The notes: a model not told the origin generated them from the letters alone. A stretch of DNA of 64,000 nt from Octopus bimaculoides (GCF_001194135.2 NC_068985.1:54223656-54287655); one strand, 5' to 3'; counted from the first letter of the stretch, positions 36,493 through 50,364 are shown. Program-made: numbers and translations.

Positions 36493-37159
36493 TATTATTA
36501 TTATTATTATTAATATTATTATTATACACACATACTAAAAAATAATAAATGAAATCAAATTAAAGTGAAAATCTTTCCATCTTATAACTTCGTCAGCGTT
36601 TTGTTCAACAAGGTAGGGCAAACCTGTAGATTATTTGTCATACAATATAGAGAATATGTAGAAAACACCAAACAAAACAAATCACCTAAGTCAGACGAAG
36701 AAATAATCCATGGGATATAAATGTCTGCTTACAGCTGCTTGTATTGTATAAGGGAAACACGACAACAGAGAGAGGCTACAGCTGAGAGATCTACTGAAAT
36801 GCTATAGTGATTAACATGGTATAGTAGATAGCTCATATAATTGGCAATTATACAAGAATTATTGTGAAATAGGGTTGAATGATGATAACATGGCAATGAT
36901 ATAACAACAATGAGGTGTTAGGTTTTGTAATAGAAATGAGGGAAATAACCAATTCCTTCAGTTGAGGAATAGTAAGTTGCTGAAGTGCGACAGAGATAGA
37001 AAAGAAGTTGTTAAAAATTATATAGATTCAACTCCAGTAGACAGAAAGCCTACTTAAAGCAAAGCAATTTCATATTATTATTACTACGCTTGGCTTCCAG
37101 TATCGTTTACCTAACTTCAACAGACACACAAATGTTAAAAAAAAAAAGACATTGTCATT

Positions 37160-37400
37160 ATCATCATCATCATCATCCTTTCACATCCATTTTCCATGCT
37201 GATATGGGTTGAATGGTTTGACCTGAGGTGGCAAGCTGGAGAGCTAAACCAGGTTCCACTCTGTAAAGTGGTTGGTGTTAAGAAGAGCATCCAGCCATAG
37301 AAGACATGCCAAAACAGATGACTGGAGCCTGGTGCAGCTCTCCTGTTTGCCAGCTCCTATCAAACCATCCAGCCTATGCCAGTATGGAAAACAGTGGGAA
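37160..37400. mobile_element. Two RTE 3' tails fused in opposite orientation, tails outward
   Basis: Minus tail (CAT)n-CCATTTTCCATGCTG...ACCAGGTTCC joined to plus ACTCTGTAAAGTGGTTGG...CCAGTATGGAAAA. Confidence 0.7.
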
Positions 37401-37712
37401 GAAGAAGAAGAATCATAATGAACCAACCAAAAAATACAATGATCCTATCAGCTTCAGTAAGAAGAATTGTCATTGGTCTGTACAACTCCAATCAAATATC
37501 TATGCCTGCATAGATAACACTGCATTTCCGCAATGACCGAACCCTACATCATATAAACCATATCTACTTGTTCCCATTCAACCTTCACCTCATATATTTT
37601 CTATCATTTAGCCATTGAAAGGTTAACCAAACATTTCGCATATGCACTTCATAACCAGAACAGTGTGATCTTTTCTCCTATATGTATATCTATCTTATCT
37701 GTTTACCTCTCA

Positions 37713-37753
<41 letters not shown>

Positions 37754-37796
37754 AATAATAATGTTTAATTGTGACAGAAGCAAAATTAATAAAAAA

Positions 37797-38066
37797 GGTA
37801 ATATTTATCCTCACTTAAAAGTGGATGTTGCGTTAGAACACAGAATACTGTGTTATTTACTATGAGAGAACCTTTCATATGAACTTGTGGTGCATATAAG
37901 CACTCATATTTATATCCCTAGCAGGAGAAAATCACCCACTATTGCCACAGATGATTATAATTTTATGCACCACACGTCCAAATGAAAGGTTCTCTCATGG
38001 GATTAAATAATGCAGTAGTCTCTGTTGTAATATAACATCTACTTTTAAGAAGGGATAAATATTACC
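37797..38066. mobile_element. MITE-like foldback with ~100-bp imperfect TIRs
   Basis: GGTAATATTTATCC...ATGAGAGAACCTTTCAT pairs with ATGAAAGGTTCTCTCAT...GGATAAATATTACC. Confidence 0.8.
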
Positions 38067-39005
38067 ATATACATGTATATATCACTCGATATCTCTGGGC
38101 TCCAGCTCATATTTACTTCATCTTTTTTATAATCTAATATGCAAACAGCATTAAAAAAACTGCACATTTAGATACAACTATCAACAAAAAGAAATTTATC
38201 TGTTTGTTAACCACGCCTTCAGTATGCAAACAGAATTTATGAGGATAGCATGCACTTTTAGTGAGGAGTCAGGTATAGCTAAACATATATCTATGTAGTC
38301 TTCAAGACTAGGGGTCATGAGAAATTAAGAGCATCTTTTTGGAATAAATGTATCAAACACATACAACTACACCTGTCTGATATTATCAACAGAAACAGAT
38401 AAACCTTCCCTATTAGAAGTCACATAACACTGTTTTTACCTTCTAAATATTAAATAATGCTGTACAGTGGAACAAAGGTAAGGTTCATGTGACCATTTTC
38501 ATTGCATGTATGTCACCATCAACTTTCAGAAAGGCACAAGTGTCAGGTTTTATATCTTAAGATTTACATCTAGGTAAGAAATAAAAAAAAAACAAATAGA
38601 TAAACATTTATCAGCTGATGCTCTTTTCAGCTATCACACTAATTCAAGACAAGAAGACACACACATATGCATGTGTGTGTATGTATGATAGCTTTACAGT
38701 TTCCATCTATTAAATCCATTCACAAGGTCTTTGGTCTGCTTGGAGCTATTGTAGAAGGCACTTACCCAAGTTGCCATGTAATAAGAGAGAACCAGAAGCC
38801 ACGGTGGTTGGAAAGCAAACTTCTGCATTCTGTAGCCATGCCTACATATAAATCTCATTAATTAACCCTACCAACCAAATAAACAATAGTCAACTACACA
38901 CATTCCCACAAGCACATATTTATATATGCAATGAATTTGTGGGGCAAATTAGTCTAATTGAGGAGTTGATGGAGATGTGTAACCCTATAACTGTATCTAT
39001 CTGTG

Positions 39006-39051
<46 letters not shown>

Positions 39052-41149
39052 GAACTAATAAAATTCACATCAAAAGGACAGGTTTTAAACTGATGTAAGA
39101 AAAATTAAAGATAGAATATGAAATGTATTTCGTTTGCCGAAAGTTTAATGGCAGTTTCATAAGAGAGGAGAAATAAGTTATCTTTTATATAAGCCGAAAA
39201 TTGGTGGTCTAAATATAGTTGAGTTTCAAGCATAGATATGAGAATAAATAAATAAATGAAATGAAATGATTCTGATCAACACAGTATTGTAAACAATTGT
39301 TGAATACATTGGCAATGGATAGCTTTTGTACAGAACCAGTCAACCAAGTCAACCACCATTAGCACTTACAATATTATCACTTATGATCATTAGTTCATAG
39401 CCAGATAGGTGCACACACACACATATACATCAGCAGTGTTTGTGCTTAATTAGTTTCAGTAAAGTCAACCAAATAATACAGTTGGTGCAGGCAAAACTAG
39501 TTTTCAAGCATAATTCTGTAAGAATAAGCACACAACCACTGTAGCAATCATTAATGAAATGGCTTTCAGATATGATTAACAATAAAAACGCGTATTCACA
39601 CTCTTCTCTTTCTCATTGTTTAAATATCTAAATAAGCAGAAAAGTAATTAGTGATATTTTAAGGAGGGGAAGGGGTGGTATTTGAATTTTCAGCCAGTTA
39701 TGATATTTATATTGTATTGCAGAAGAAACAGAGGTAAAATATATTATCTAACAAATACATAACTCTGTAATTGTGGTTAAACCCTTCTCTTACACAAACA
39801 CACACACAGAACACAAACATTAAATTTATATTCATGTAAAGTTAACAGTGGATTAAAGATTAATATAGGATTACAGCAGTATTATGTTTTCTTTAAAGAC
39901 TATATGCAAGAGAGATTAATATTTAACTAATTTCATAATTATTTCTTTGTTACAAGGGTGATGCAGGAGAAGGTTATAAAGACAGGTTAATAAATTGATG
40001 TAATTCACATCGAAATCAAAATGGGTGAAGAGTGACAGGATGTATAATACACAAATATGTGATAACATCCTCAGAGAGAGGAGTGCAACCTAGGCCCAAT
40101 CAAAGTACCCCAAAGATCCAGTACTGTCTCGACTTACAAAGTAAGCTCTCACAGCTGTATTACCCAACCAACAAGCACCTGCTGAGTGTTGGCTCATTTA
40201 CTAAGGCTATATGAGCCATTCTCACTTCCCTTAGAGGGCAGCACCTCCCTCTCAAAGTTGATGTTGGTTTAGCCAAGAGGAGCAGGATTCAGAACAGTTG
40301 CACTATGTCTGATCATTGGTAATGGTCATTGTACAAAGAAGTGATCCAACCTTGGAAAAATTGGGCTGAAACTGGCTTCATTGAAAATACCTGCCAACCT
40401 TATCGAAGGCTCTTGATTAATCAAAAATGACCAGAGCCTCATCAAAGCCAAGTTTGTTACATATGCTGTCTATGATGTACAGCATGAGGTGGAACTTGTA
40501 ATGGCTAAATTTGCCTGGAATCACACAATCTAGTACTTTTCTGACTCCACTACTGATGACAAGGGTTAACATCTAGCAAAGACATTGACCCTTGCTAGCT
40601 CTAAACTCAGAACTTCCATTCTGCAATGAGCAGGGTTACAAACCAGATATTATCAATAATGCACCCCATGTTTTCACCCTTCTTCAGTAGTACTTCTCTC
40701 TAACTCACAGAACCAGGAATTTTCCTATTCTACTGCCAGTTGCAGATGTCCTTTACAAACAAGTTGAGCATGTATACATAAAGCTTCTAAAACAGATCAT
40801 TCAGACTAAGCAGTATGCCCCTGATACAACAACTTATAGCCAACTCTCCTTTATTTTTGTTGACTTTTTGCAGTACTTTCCTCTACTACCACGGACCATG
40901 ACAGTTGTGAAGAAAGGCATAAAAGATCACTGCAATCTCTCAAGTTCATTACTGCTGTTGGTTCATAACAGTTGAGCAAAGTGAGGTTGACTAATAGCAG
41001 GTGTCTACCCCTTATGTTTAAGAGCACATATCTCAGTTCTAACAATGCCGCTTTCGTGTTAGGCATTAACAAAAAATGGTCACAAATCATTGGTCAAAAC
41101 ATCTTAGCTCACTTAATCCCACATTTATTTATTCTTTTCTATGATGAAA

Positions 41150-41458
41150 TACCTCGTTGAAGGCAACGTATGAGTGTTCGTCTTTTTGCTGAACAACTTG
41201 CACAGATGATTTGTTTATAGTGACCAAATGTATGTGTTGTACATTAGCCCCCTCCCCTCAACCACTCCCAACCATCAAATGGACTTTGCCTGTACAGTTG
41301 CACAAGTGTGTCACGCATCAGATGTCAAAATGATCACAGAGCAACATCAAATGAAGTGTTTTGCCTGAGAACACAACACACTACCCAGTCCAGGAATCAA
41401 ACTCATGATCTAGTAGTCATGAGTGCAACACCCAAACCACTAGGATATGTGCCTTCAC
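41150..41458 (-). mobile_element. SINE family E
   Basis: Minus head with GAGTTTGATTCC B-box-like motif; homologous to 25950-26231. Confidence 0.6.

Positions 41459-41464
<6 letters not shown>

Positions 41465-41539
<75 letters not shown>
41465..41539. repeat. (TA)n microsatellite
   Basis: Perfect TA run. Confidence 0.98.
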
Positions 41540-41541
<2 letters not shown>

Positions 41542-42211
41542 TACACTTCAGAGTGACTCATCACTAGTTTTTGGTTATCTCTCCCACCACTAACAGCAGC
41601 TTAATTAATTTGCTAATCCCATTGCTATACATTTTGCACACCAAGAATGAGATGTTCAGCCTCCAGCAAATAGATGCCAGTTTGTGCATACTATCTAGGA
41701 CACCTATGCAGTTGAAAAGTGTGGACCCCCTACACTATCTCTATGCACTGACCTAACAAATATGCTGTCTAAATATAATCTGGAGGACCTGATGTAGTTG
41801 CTTCATGTCTATATGAGTGTATTTGAGAAATCCACGCAACACTTGTCAGACTTGGAACTGTCTGAGCAGGCTTGTGAAGCTTTTACAGCTTACCACTCCT
41901 GTTGTTAATACCACACAATCCCAATGTGTGTCTAAAATGCCATTCCTGTCTCCAACTTGTACTAATGCGTGAAACATTCCCAAGAAAAACCTGTAGATGC
42001 TTGAAGAAATGCAACTGCCCTACCTTGGTTGAGGCATTGATGGTTACTAATATGAAGGCACTACTTTTACAGCTGTTCCTATCTACCACCACTGACTTAG
42101 ACATACCACCGTCCAGGTTCAGAAAGAAAAATCTAATTGAAGCCCAGAAATTAAATGCAAAGTATGGACTTAGAAATGTGTTGGTAAAGCACGCACACGC
42201 GCGCATGCATG

Positions 42212-42214
<3 letters not shown>

Positions 42215-42297
<83 letters not shown>
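42215..42297. repeat. (CA)n microsatellite
   Basis: Perfect CA run. Confidence 0.98.
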
Positions 42298-42298
<1 letters not shown>

Positions 42299-43641
42299 CC
42301 ATGAACAGTTTTACTGCAGTTAGTATACAAAGTAGCTTTCAGAATTGTCTATTAAAAGATTACATATAAATAAAATTAACAAAAAAAGAAAAAAAAAAAA
42401 AGCAGAGCCTTCCAACAGATGAATACAGAAGTTTAAGTTAAAATGTCTCAAATATCAATGTGATAAGATGGGTAAGAAGGAGAGAACAAACAAAATGGTT
42501 GTTGTAAGTCTTCAGAGAAAATATAGTAAGATTATTGTTCCAACAGAGGAACAATTAACAAGGATTGTCTAATGAAGAAATGAGGACAAGAATTATTTTG
42601 TAAAACACATCAAAAATCTATTTATTCCTTGCAAGTAAGATTACAGGATGAATATGAAGCAAGCTGCTTTTGAGATGTGTAATATCTTTAAATAAAACTA
42701 CCTAACAAATACACGACAGAGACAGACAGACAGACGTGTAAGGTAGACAGTGTAGAGAAGTGTAAGGTAGACAGAAAAAAAAGGAAAAAGAAATAGCAGG
42801 AAATGTAAAAAGGAGACACACACTTGAGAAGAGAGAGGGTATGTGTGTGTGCGCGCGCGTGCTCCTAGTGTGTGCGCAAGCATGGATCTATGCTTGTACA
42901 CACATAGATATAACAAGTGGAAAATGTCCACACATGCACAAACAGACATCCACATAATCATATACTCTCTTTTACATACACACACGCCTACACTACTAAT
43001 ATACCTACATCATAAGAGAGAAATGAAATCATCTCCATGCAATCATCATTCATCATCATATACACACACACACACACACAAAATCACTCAAATGAAATAA
43101 TGACTGTCTGGCTGTTTCTTTGTTTTAACCTTTAGATAATTTGTTAACCAAAAAAAAAAAAATCAATAAATAATTCCAATAAAAGCATAAATAAAAGCTT
43201 TCTTTCTTTTTTTTTTTCATTTCTTGACACGACTTTTAACAATGTTGAAGGATCATTTCCTAACATCTATTTCTACAATTCAATCATCCATCAACTGAAC
43301 CAATAACAATCCTATGTAATGATAATAATATACACTCTTGATTCTCAAATAATTTATTGAGATCTAAAAATATCAGTTAATCTTATTGATGGCATTGGAG
43401 GAAATAAATTCGTCAATACAAAAACTATGTAGGACAGATGTCAAAATAGAAAGAGTGTAAGGTGCAAAAGGAGGTCAGGTGAAGGGACAATATCATAAAG
43501 ATTGTTGTCCTTGCCTGCGTGAATTGAGCATGACCAAGTGGCATGACTATCCCAAACTTTTGTTTTACTGACATAGTTTATATAAAACCATGTTATACAA
43601 TACTAGTAGAGACATTGCCCTGCCCATTGGGTACTGTTTCT

Positions 43642-43962
43642 GTGAAGGTGCATGGCTTAGTGGTTAGGGTATTCGGCTCACAATCATAAGGTTGAGTTCA
43701 ATTCCTGGTGGCACATTGTGTCCTTGAGCAAGTTACTTCATTTCACATTGCTCCAGTATACTCAGCTGGCAAAAACAAGTTGTACCTGTATTTCAAAGGG
43801 CCAGCCTTGTCACACTCTGTCATGCAGAATCTCTCTGACAACTATGTTATGGGTATGCATGTCAGTGGAGTGCTCAACCGCTTGCTTGTTAATTTCATGA
43901 GCAGGTTGTTTTGTTAATTGGATCAACTGGAACTCTCATCATCACAACTGGTGGCATCCCAG
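43642..43962 (+). mobile_element. tRNA-derived SINE with family C-like middle and family D-like 3' body
   Basis: TGGCTTAGTGG A-box, GAGTTCAATTCC B-box, GTCCTTGAGCAAG; 3' CAGCCTTGTCACAC...GGATCAACTGGAAC matches 25344-25540 reversed. Confidence 0.7.
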
Positions 43963-44770
43963 TTTGTACCAATCCCTAAATAATACTTATACATTTGATT
44001 CCCAATTTGTGTAATTTTTCTGATACATAAATTGAGACAAGTTTATATTTGATTATAGTTGACATAAGCAAATTAAAACCACTTTTCTGCTTTGACTTTC
44101 TATTTCTTCAAAAATGAAGAATATGAAAGGATACTGGAATCAACATAATTTGGCTGATGCTAGATTAAACTTATAATTTGGAGGAACGCTTTAACCGATA
44201 TATGCGTAGAAAGTAGTATTGTAAAGTGTATCAGAGAGAGCAAAGACAGAGAAGGAGCACTAACAATGTTGCAGTGTCAAAAATTGCTTTCTTGTAGTGA
44301 ATCAAAATTAATGTGTAGTTGAAATCTCCAATAATAAAAGAAGTTTGAAAACCACATTTTGATAAAAATGTATTAAAATGAAAATTTTAAAGTTTTTAGA
44401 CAGTGAAAGTTTAATAAATGCTTTCTTTTAGTGAAAGTCACATACTCCAGAGGAATTAATAAGTAGCTTTTTTTACTATAGTGTGGGTGTTAAGGTAGCA
44501 TAAACATAAGCATGGAATCTGAACATTGGATTTTTAGTAGACAGAACTTAGGTTAAAACACTGTCCTATAGCTTATCATCTGTATGGCTGTGCAGTTCAA
44601 AAGTCTGTTTAGCAATTACATGGTTTTGGGTGATGTGCTAGTGCATGGCACCTTCAGCAAGTGACTTCAACTATAGGCCTGGGCTGACCTATACCATGTG
44701 ATTGTGGGTGGATTTGGCAGATGAGAACAGCAGGAAGTTCATCATATATGCATTTGTTTTGTATACACAC

Positions 44771-44819
<49 letters not shown>

Positions 44820-46867
44820 CATGCACGTGCCCGTGTGTGCACATACAAGTGTGTGCATTTGTATTTCTAGCTTGGCATCATGCACAAATTGTAAACATGT
44901 ATCACTGTTATACAAGAAGTACTGTTTGATTGCAATCTGTAGTGAAACCCTGTCCATTCATATTTGTTGTTCATGTTTGAAGGAGTCGGGGAAGTATTAC
45001 CTTGATTGGAAACAAGCAATGTTTGGTGGTTGAAAGTGCATCCCATCACAGAAAAAAACGAAATCTGCCTCAATAAATTCTGTAGAGAAGTTGACAATCA
45101 AACAATGATGATAAAAGACAGGAAAATCCAGCTATTTTCAAAGTAAACAAGAACTTGAGGTATCTGACTCCTAAGTCTCATTTATTTAGGAAAATGAATG
45201 TAAACAAAAGGCAGGGTTATATAATAGGTTAAATATTAAACTGCAATACAGTATTGTCCAAGTGTTGTCTTTTCCTTTTTCTGTATATTTGAACTTGCCA
45301 ACAATCCACTGTTGTTCAAGATGGTCCAGTGAGTGTATTTGAAGTTGTAAGAATAAAGCAAGAGAAATCTTGGAAACAATAGAATGTCTGTGAATTGATA
45401 TAGGTTTGGTGGGAAAAGCAAATTTGCTTGAGAACTGTAATTTTGACAGCGGGGAGGAGAGAGGAGTACATAAATAATGTGATAAGCATTTAAAATATAA
45501 AAGAGGAAATTAGTCTAACATTCATGGATTTAATAAAATACAAATACATGGGGTATATAAGTTATGTAAACAGTGTCAGTAGTGACAAGGTAGGCTTTAT
45601 AGACAATAATAATGTTTCAATTTAAAAAGCATACTCTCTATGTATATGAAATAAAAATATATGTAAACATAAATGTATGAACTTGAATGTAGAAGTGATT
45701 TAAAGAGACTATTTGAATTTGCTTAAACCTATTGATATGAATTATTTATCTCTTAAATAAGCAGATTATGTTATGGTTAGAAAGTAGAGCAAAGATAAGT
45801 AAAATACATATAGCTCATCACAAGAATGGAATGTGTCCGCTTGCCTTAAATAGGCTACTAGATTATGATGTGATACCAGGAGAGAGAAAAAAATATCTCC
45901 TTTCCTCTCAAGGAGTAAGTGGAGACAGAAAGGTATCTTTACCGAAGAAAAATGTAGTTGTATGATAGCGATAGCATTAAGTGTTAACAGAAGACTGGCT
46001 CAAATAAACAAATTTAGAGAACATTGTCTTTCATTGCAAGAGTGTCTGTTTTCTGAAAGCATCAAATAAATTGGTAAATAGACAAGAGTGCTAACTCAAA
46101 AGTACTAAATATGGTACAGTAATTAGTTAAGCTAATTGGCAAAAGAAAAAAAAAGTATTATGGATAAAACGTATTAGCAAAGGAATGCATCTATAAGTGA
46201 TATACAGATTGGTCCCAAGTGTAGACAACACGACATAAACATCAGAAAAGGTTTTCAGATGTTAAATGGTATTAAAAAAATACAGGCTATTCATAATTAA
46301 AGGGTAGATGTTTAGCATGTACCCAGTATCTTAAAAGAAAATTCAAGCCACAGATGTTTTGTAGATCCTTGTGATTCTTAGCAATGATTAAAAAATCAGG
46401 ATATGAAAAAATTTTGGCTCAAAATTCTAGCACAAAAGTGCAGGATCAATAAAATTATAGGAGGCATTAATAAAAACAGAAACTAGTGTATAGATATGTG
46501 TGCATACATATATGCAATACAAATAGATATGTATATCAATAAATCTATAAATAAACCCACCCTACCATTAATCATAGTTTGCGGATGTTGTGCCAATATT
46601 ATTTAGAATATTTAAACAATTCTTTCAAATATGTACAATACTCCACTAAGCATATTTCTTGTACATCACTACCAACATTCTCTCCAGCCAACATAACATC
46701 CAACCAATGTTTAATTGATCTCTACATTATCAACACTGGTTATCTCAGAAACTGCTTAAGTGCAAATGACTACAAAGTAAAATAATTTGCTTTTTCAAGT
46801 GTAGGCTACTCCTCTTGGTAGAAAGAAACCAAAGAGAAACCCATCGTGTGTGTATGTGTGAGTGATT

Positions 46868-46914
<47 letters not shown>

Positions 46915-47133
46915 NNNNNNNNNNNNNNNNNNNNNNNNNNNNNNNNNNNNNNNNNNNNNNNNNNNNNNNNNNNNNNNNNNNNNNNNNNNNNNNNNNNNNN
47001 NNNNNNNNNNNNNNNNNNNNNNNNNNNNNNNNNNNNNNNNNNNNNNNNNNNNNNNNNNNNNNNNNNNNNNNNNNNNNNNNNNNNNNNNNNNNNNNNNNNN
47101 NNNNNNNNNNNNNNNNNNNNNNNNNNNNNNNNN
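46915..47133. other. Assembly gap between (TG)n and (TA)n
   Basis: Ns in sequence. Confidence 1.
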
Positions 47134-47171
<38 letters not shown>

Positions 47172-47220
47172 CACACACACATACATCATATATACATACA
47201 TACATATATATATATATATA

Positions 47221-47616
47221 TCTTTACTCTTTACTTGTTTCAGTCATTTGACTGCGGCCATGCTGGAGCACCGCCTTTAGTCGAGCAAATCGATCCCAGG
47301 ACTTATTCTTTGTAAGCCTAGTACTTATTCTATCGGTCTCTTTTGCTGAACCGCTAAGTTACGGGGACGTAAACACACCAGCATCGGTTGTCAAGTGATG
47401 TTGGGAGGGACAAACACAGACACACAAATACACATATATATATATATATACATATATGACGGGCTTCTTTTCAGTTTCCGTCTACCAAATCCACTCACAA
47501 GGCTTTGGTCAGCCTGAGGCTATAGTAGAAGACACTTGCTCAACGTGCCACGCAGTGGGACTGAACCCGGAACTATGTGGTTGGTAAGCAAGATACTTAC
47601 CACACAGCCACTCCTA
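47221..47616 (-). mobile_element. SINE family A, young full-length copy
   Basis: Near identical to 58925-59352; CpG-rich. Confidence 0.95.
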
Positions 47617-47630
47617 CATATATGATTATA

Positions 47631-47664
<34 letters not shown>

Positions 47665-48723
47665 TATAAATACACACACACACACACATATATATATACA
47701 TACACATATTGTATAAATCTATACACAAACACACACATGTATATATATATATATATACGTTATCTAAGAAACATATATACATTTATATATACATGATATA
47801 TATTTATATTACATACACATTCATGTGTATTTGTGTGTGCACATGCACATGTGTGTTTGCTCACGTAAACAAAGATTACACGGCTCAAGTGGTGGTTTTG
47901 TGTCACTTGTCCTGTCAATAAGTCACTTGCTTGTTTCATGCTTCAAAAATGTGGAATAAGAAGATCACTTAGTTGAAAAATAAAACAGATTAGAGCATCC
48001 AACAGGAAGGACATCTAGCTGTACAATGCCCGAAAAACATATTCATCTAACACATACTAGCCGAAGGGAAAAAACCCACAGAGCTAAAAATGAATAAATG
48101 AAAGAGCAGAAATGATTCAAGCCAAGTAAACTTAACAAAAGTATTTTACTAACATTCTTTTCCTGTTTACTCAAGCTATTAATTACTCTTATTTCAACTC
48201 CATTAAAAGAATTCGAGTTTTTAGTTAAAACTAGCAGACCTGAAGTACATGACATATTGAAGAACGGATGTGCAGAATGAATCCGATACCTTGAAAGTTG
48301 TAATTAATTAAGTCCTGGGTATATGCTGAATAGAATCATGAAGAATATATACTACGAACAGATATCATTTGCATCATTATAATTAATTCGAAGCAAGACT
48401 TTTAAAATACTGAGAGCTACCAAAAGATATTCAAAGCAAAAGATAATCATCATCATTGTTTTAATGCTCACTTTTTCATAGATGGAGTTTACTGAGACAG
48501 ATTTCTCACAGCTGGATGTTCTTCATATTGACAACCATTACTGGCTTATGAGCAAGGTAAGGGCTCACAACATATATACACACACACATATAGATAGAGA
48601 GAGAAAAAGAGAGATTTTTTTAATTTTAGTATTTTACTCAGGGATTTGTGATACTAATAACCTGGGCCAGAATTCAATATACATATGCTTCAAAATAAAG
48701 TGTTAGTTAGCTACAGAGCAGTA

Positions 48724-48997
48724 ATAAGAAATTGAGATGGCAAGGGAATAAACAATTATCTTACGAACTTCATTAGCTTACAGCTGTTTCTGCTACAGGC
48801 TGCAGTGGAGTCAATTGTGTGTCTGAGTATCTTATAGCTTCATTGGAGCCTAAAACCATAGTTGAGTACCTGTGAAGTTATAAAGTGATACTCAAGCACT
48901 CAACTATGAGTCCACTGCATTCTGTAGCAGAAACAGCTGTAAGCTAATGAAGTTCATAAGATAATTGTTTATTCCTTTGTCATCTCAACTTCTTATA
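48724..48997. repeat. Foldback palindrome (~125-bp arms) with degenerate hammerhead-like motif
   Basis: CTTCATTAGCTTACAGCTGTTTCTGCTACAG pairs with CTGTAGCAGAAACAGCTGTAAGCTAATGAAG; GAAAC-AGCT-GTA at 48930-48941 (+) and 48779-48790 (-). Confidence 0.85.
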
Positions 48998-50326
48998 CGT
49001 GTGTGTGTGGGGGGGAGGCTTCTTTCAGTTTCTGTCAGCCAAATACACACACAAGGGATTAGAAGACTCCTGACCAAGGTGTCACAGTGTGAGACTGAAC
49101 TCAAAACTATATAGTTGGGAAGCAAAGTGCATAGCTATGCATGCACTTATCAACATAGGCATGTCTGCACCAATTATAAACAATACAGCGGCATTTTTTT
49201 TTATATCACACACACACACACTATGCTAAAATGTGTATATAAGTTAATAAGTATGCATGGATATCAATCTGAAAGCTCTGTTAACCAGTGTTATATCTTA
49301 GTGATGAATCTATTTAGAAAACAAGTTTGATAGTAAAATACAGAGGTAAATACTACACTAACCAATATGTATAATGAATAACTGAATGAAATGATGAAGC
49401 AGTGTGTTCTAAATGTAATAAGAATAATGTATAGATTTACAGGAAATCAAACCGCTATGATAGGTTCACAGATCACAATTCCTAAACTACAACTGTCATT
49501 TAGTTTAATTCTCTTTATTTTCAGAGAAAATAAAGTAGGGTTCCTACTAGCACAATTATCTAAAGCTAGACCAGAAAGAGAAAGAGCACCAGATGGGACA
49601 TAAATCCATGTTTCCTGTATATGTTCTTTGTTTCTCTTTATTCTATTTCAATTTAATTTGTTCAATGTTCCCTATTTATATCATCAATCTCACCAGTCTC
49701 AGAAGGGCTGTGAAGGTCATGAGCCTTCCTCCAGACCAAACCAGAAAAGAGACACTACTACTACTACAACTGTTACTACTACTACTGCTGCTGCTGCTAC
49801 TACATCAACATCATCATCATAACCACCACCACCACAACACCCATCCCCCCCCCCATGCTAACATGTGTTGAATATAATTATTGATGACACATTTTACAGC
49901 AAGATGCCCTTATTGTCACCAACTCTTACTTGTGTAAGGGTTGGCAAGAGAAAAGAATAATCCTAACTTAATGACAATTAATGAGTTTCATATAAATAAG
50001 AGTTAATAATGGATGGACCTATATAATAGCTAGCTTCTTTTCATCTGACTCCATGACAACTTCCTTGTCTTTCTTTAAGACATTCTAACATCTAACACTA
50101 TAATAAACATTGTCCACTTTTCCATGCTTGCATGGGTTGGATGGAGTTTATTGAGGCAAATTTTCTAATGCTAGACGCCCTTCCTATCATCAGCTATTAC
50201 CTGTTTCCAAGAAAGGTAATATTTCCCCCATGGTCAAAAGTGTTTTCACAGAAGATTCAAAATGAATAATGCTAGTTACACTCATTTACAACCACCATGC
50301 AAAGATAATGAAACAGAAACACACCA

Positions 50327-50364
<38 letters not shown>

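Noticed and set aside
40030-42200. Higher-GC stretches that may be ancient LINE remnants (similar: 8750-9700, 45480-46480)
   Set aside because: I could not recover diagnostic motifs by eye; this needs a translated HMM search.
48154-48289. Candidate minus-strand exon with a faint cadherin-like pattern (YRIHSAHPFF…TSGLLVL)
   Set aside because: Weak splice sites, a non-diagnostic motif, and that reading frame does not fit the phase of the PDZ exon.
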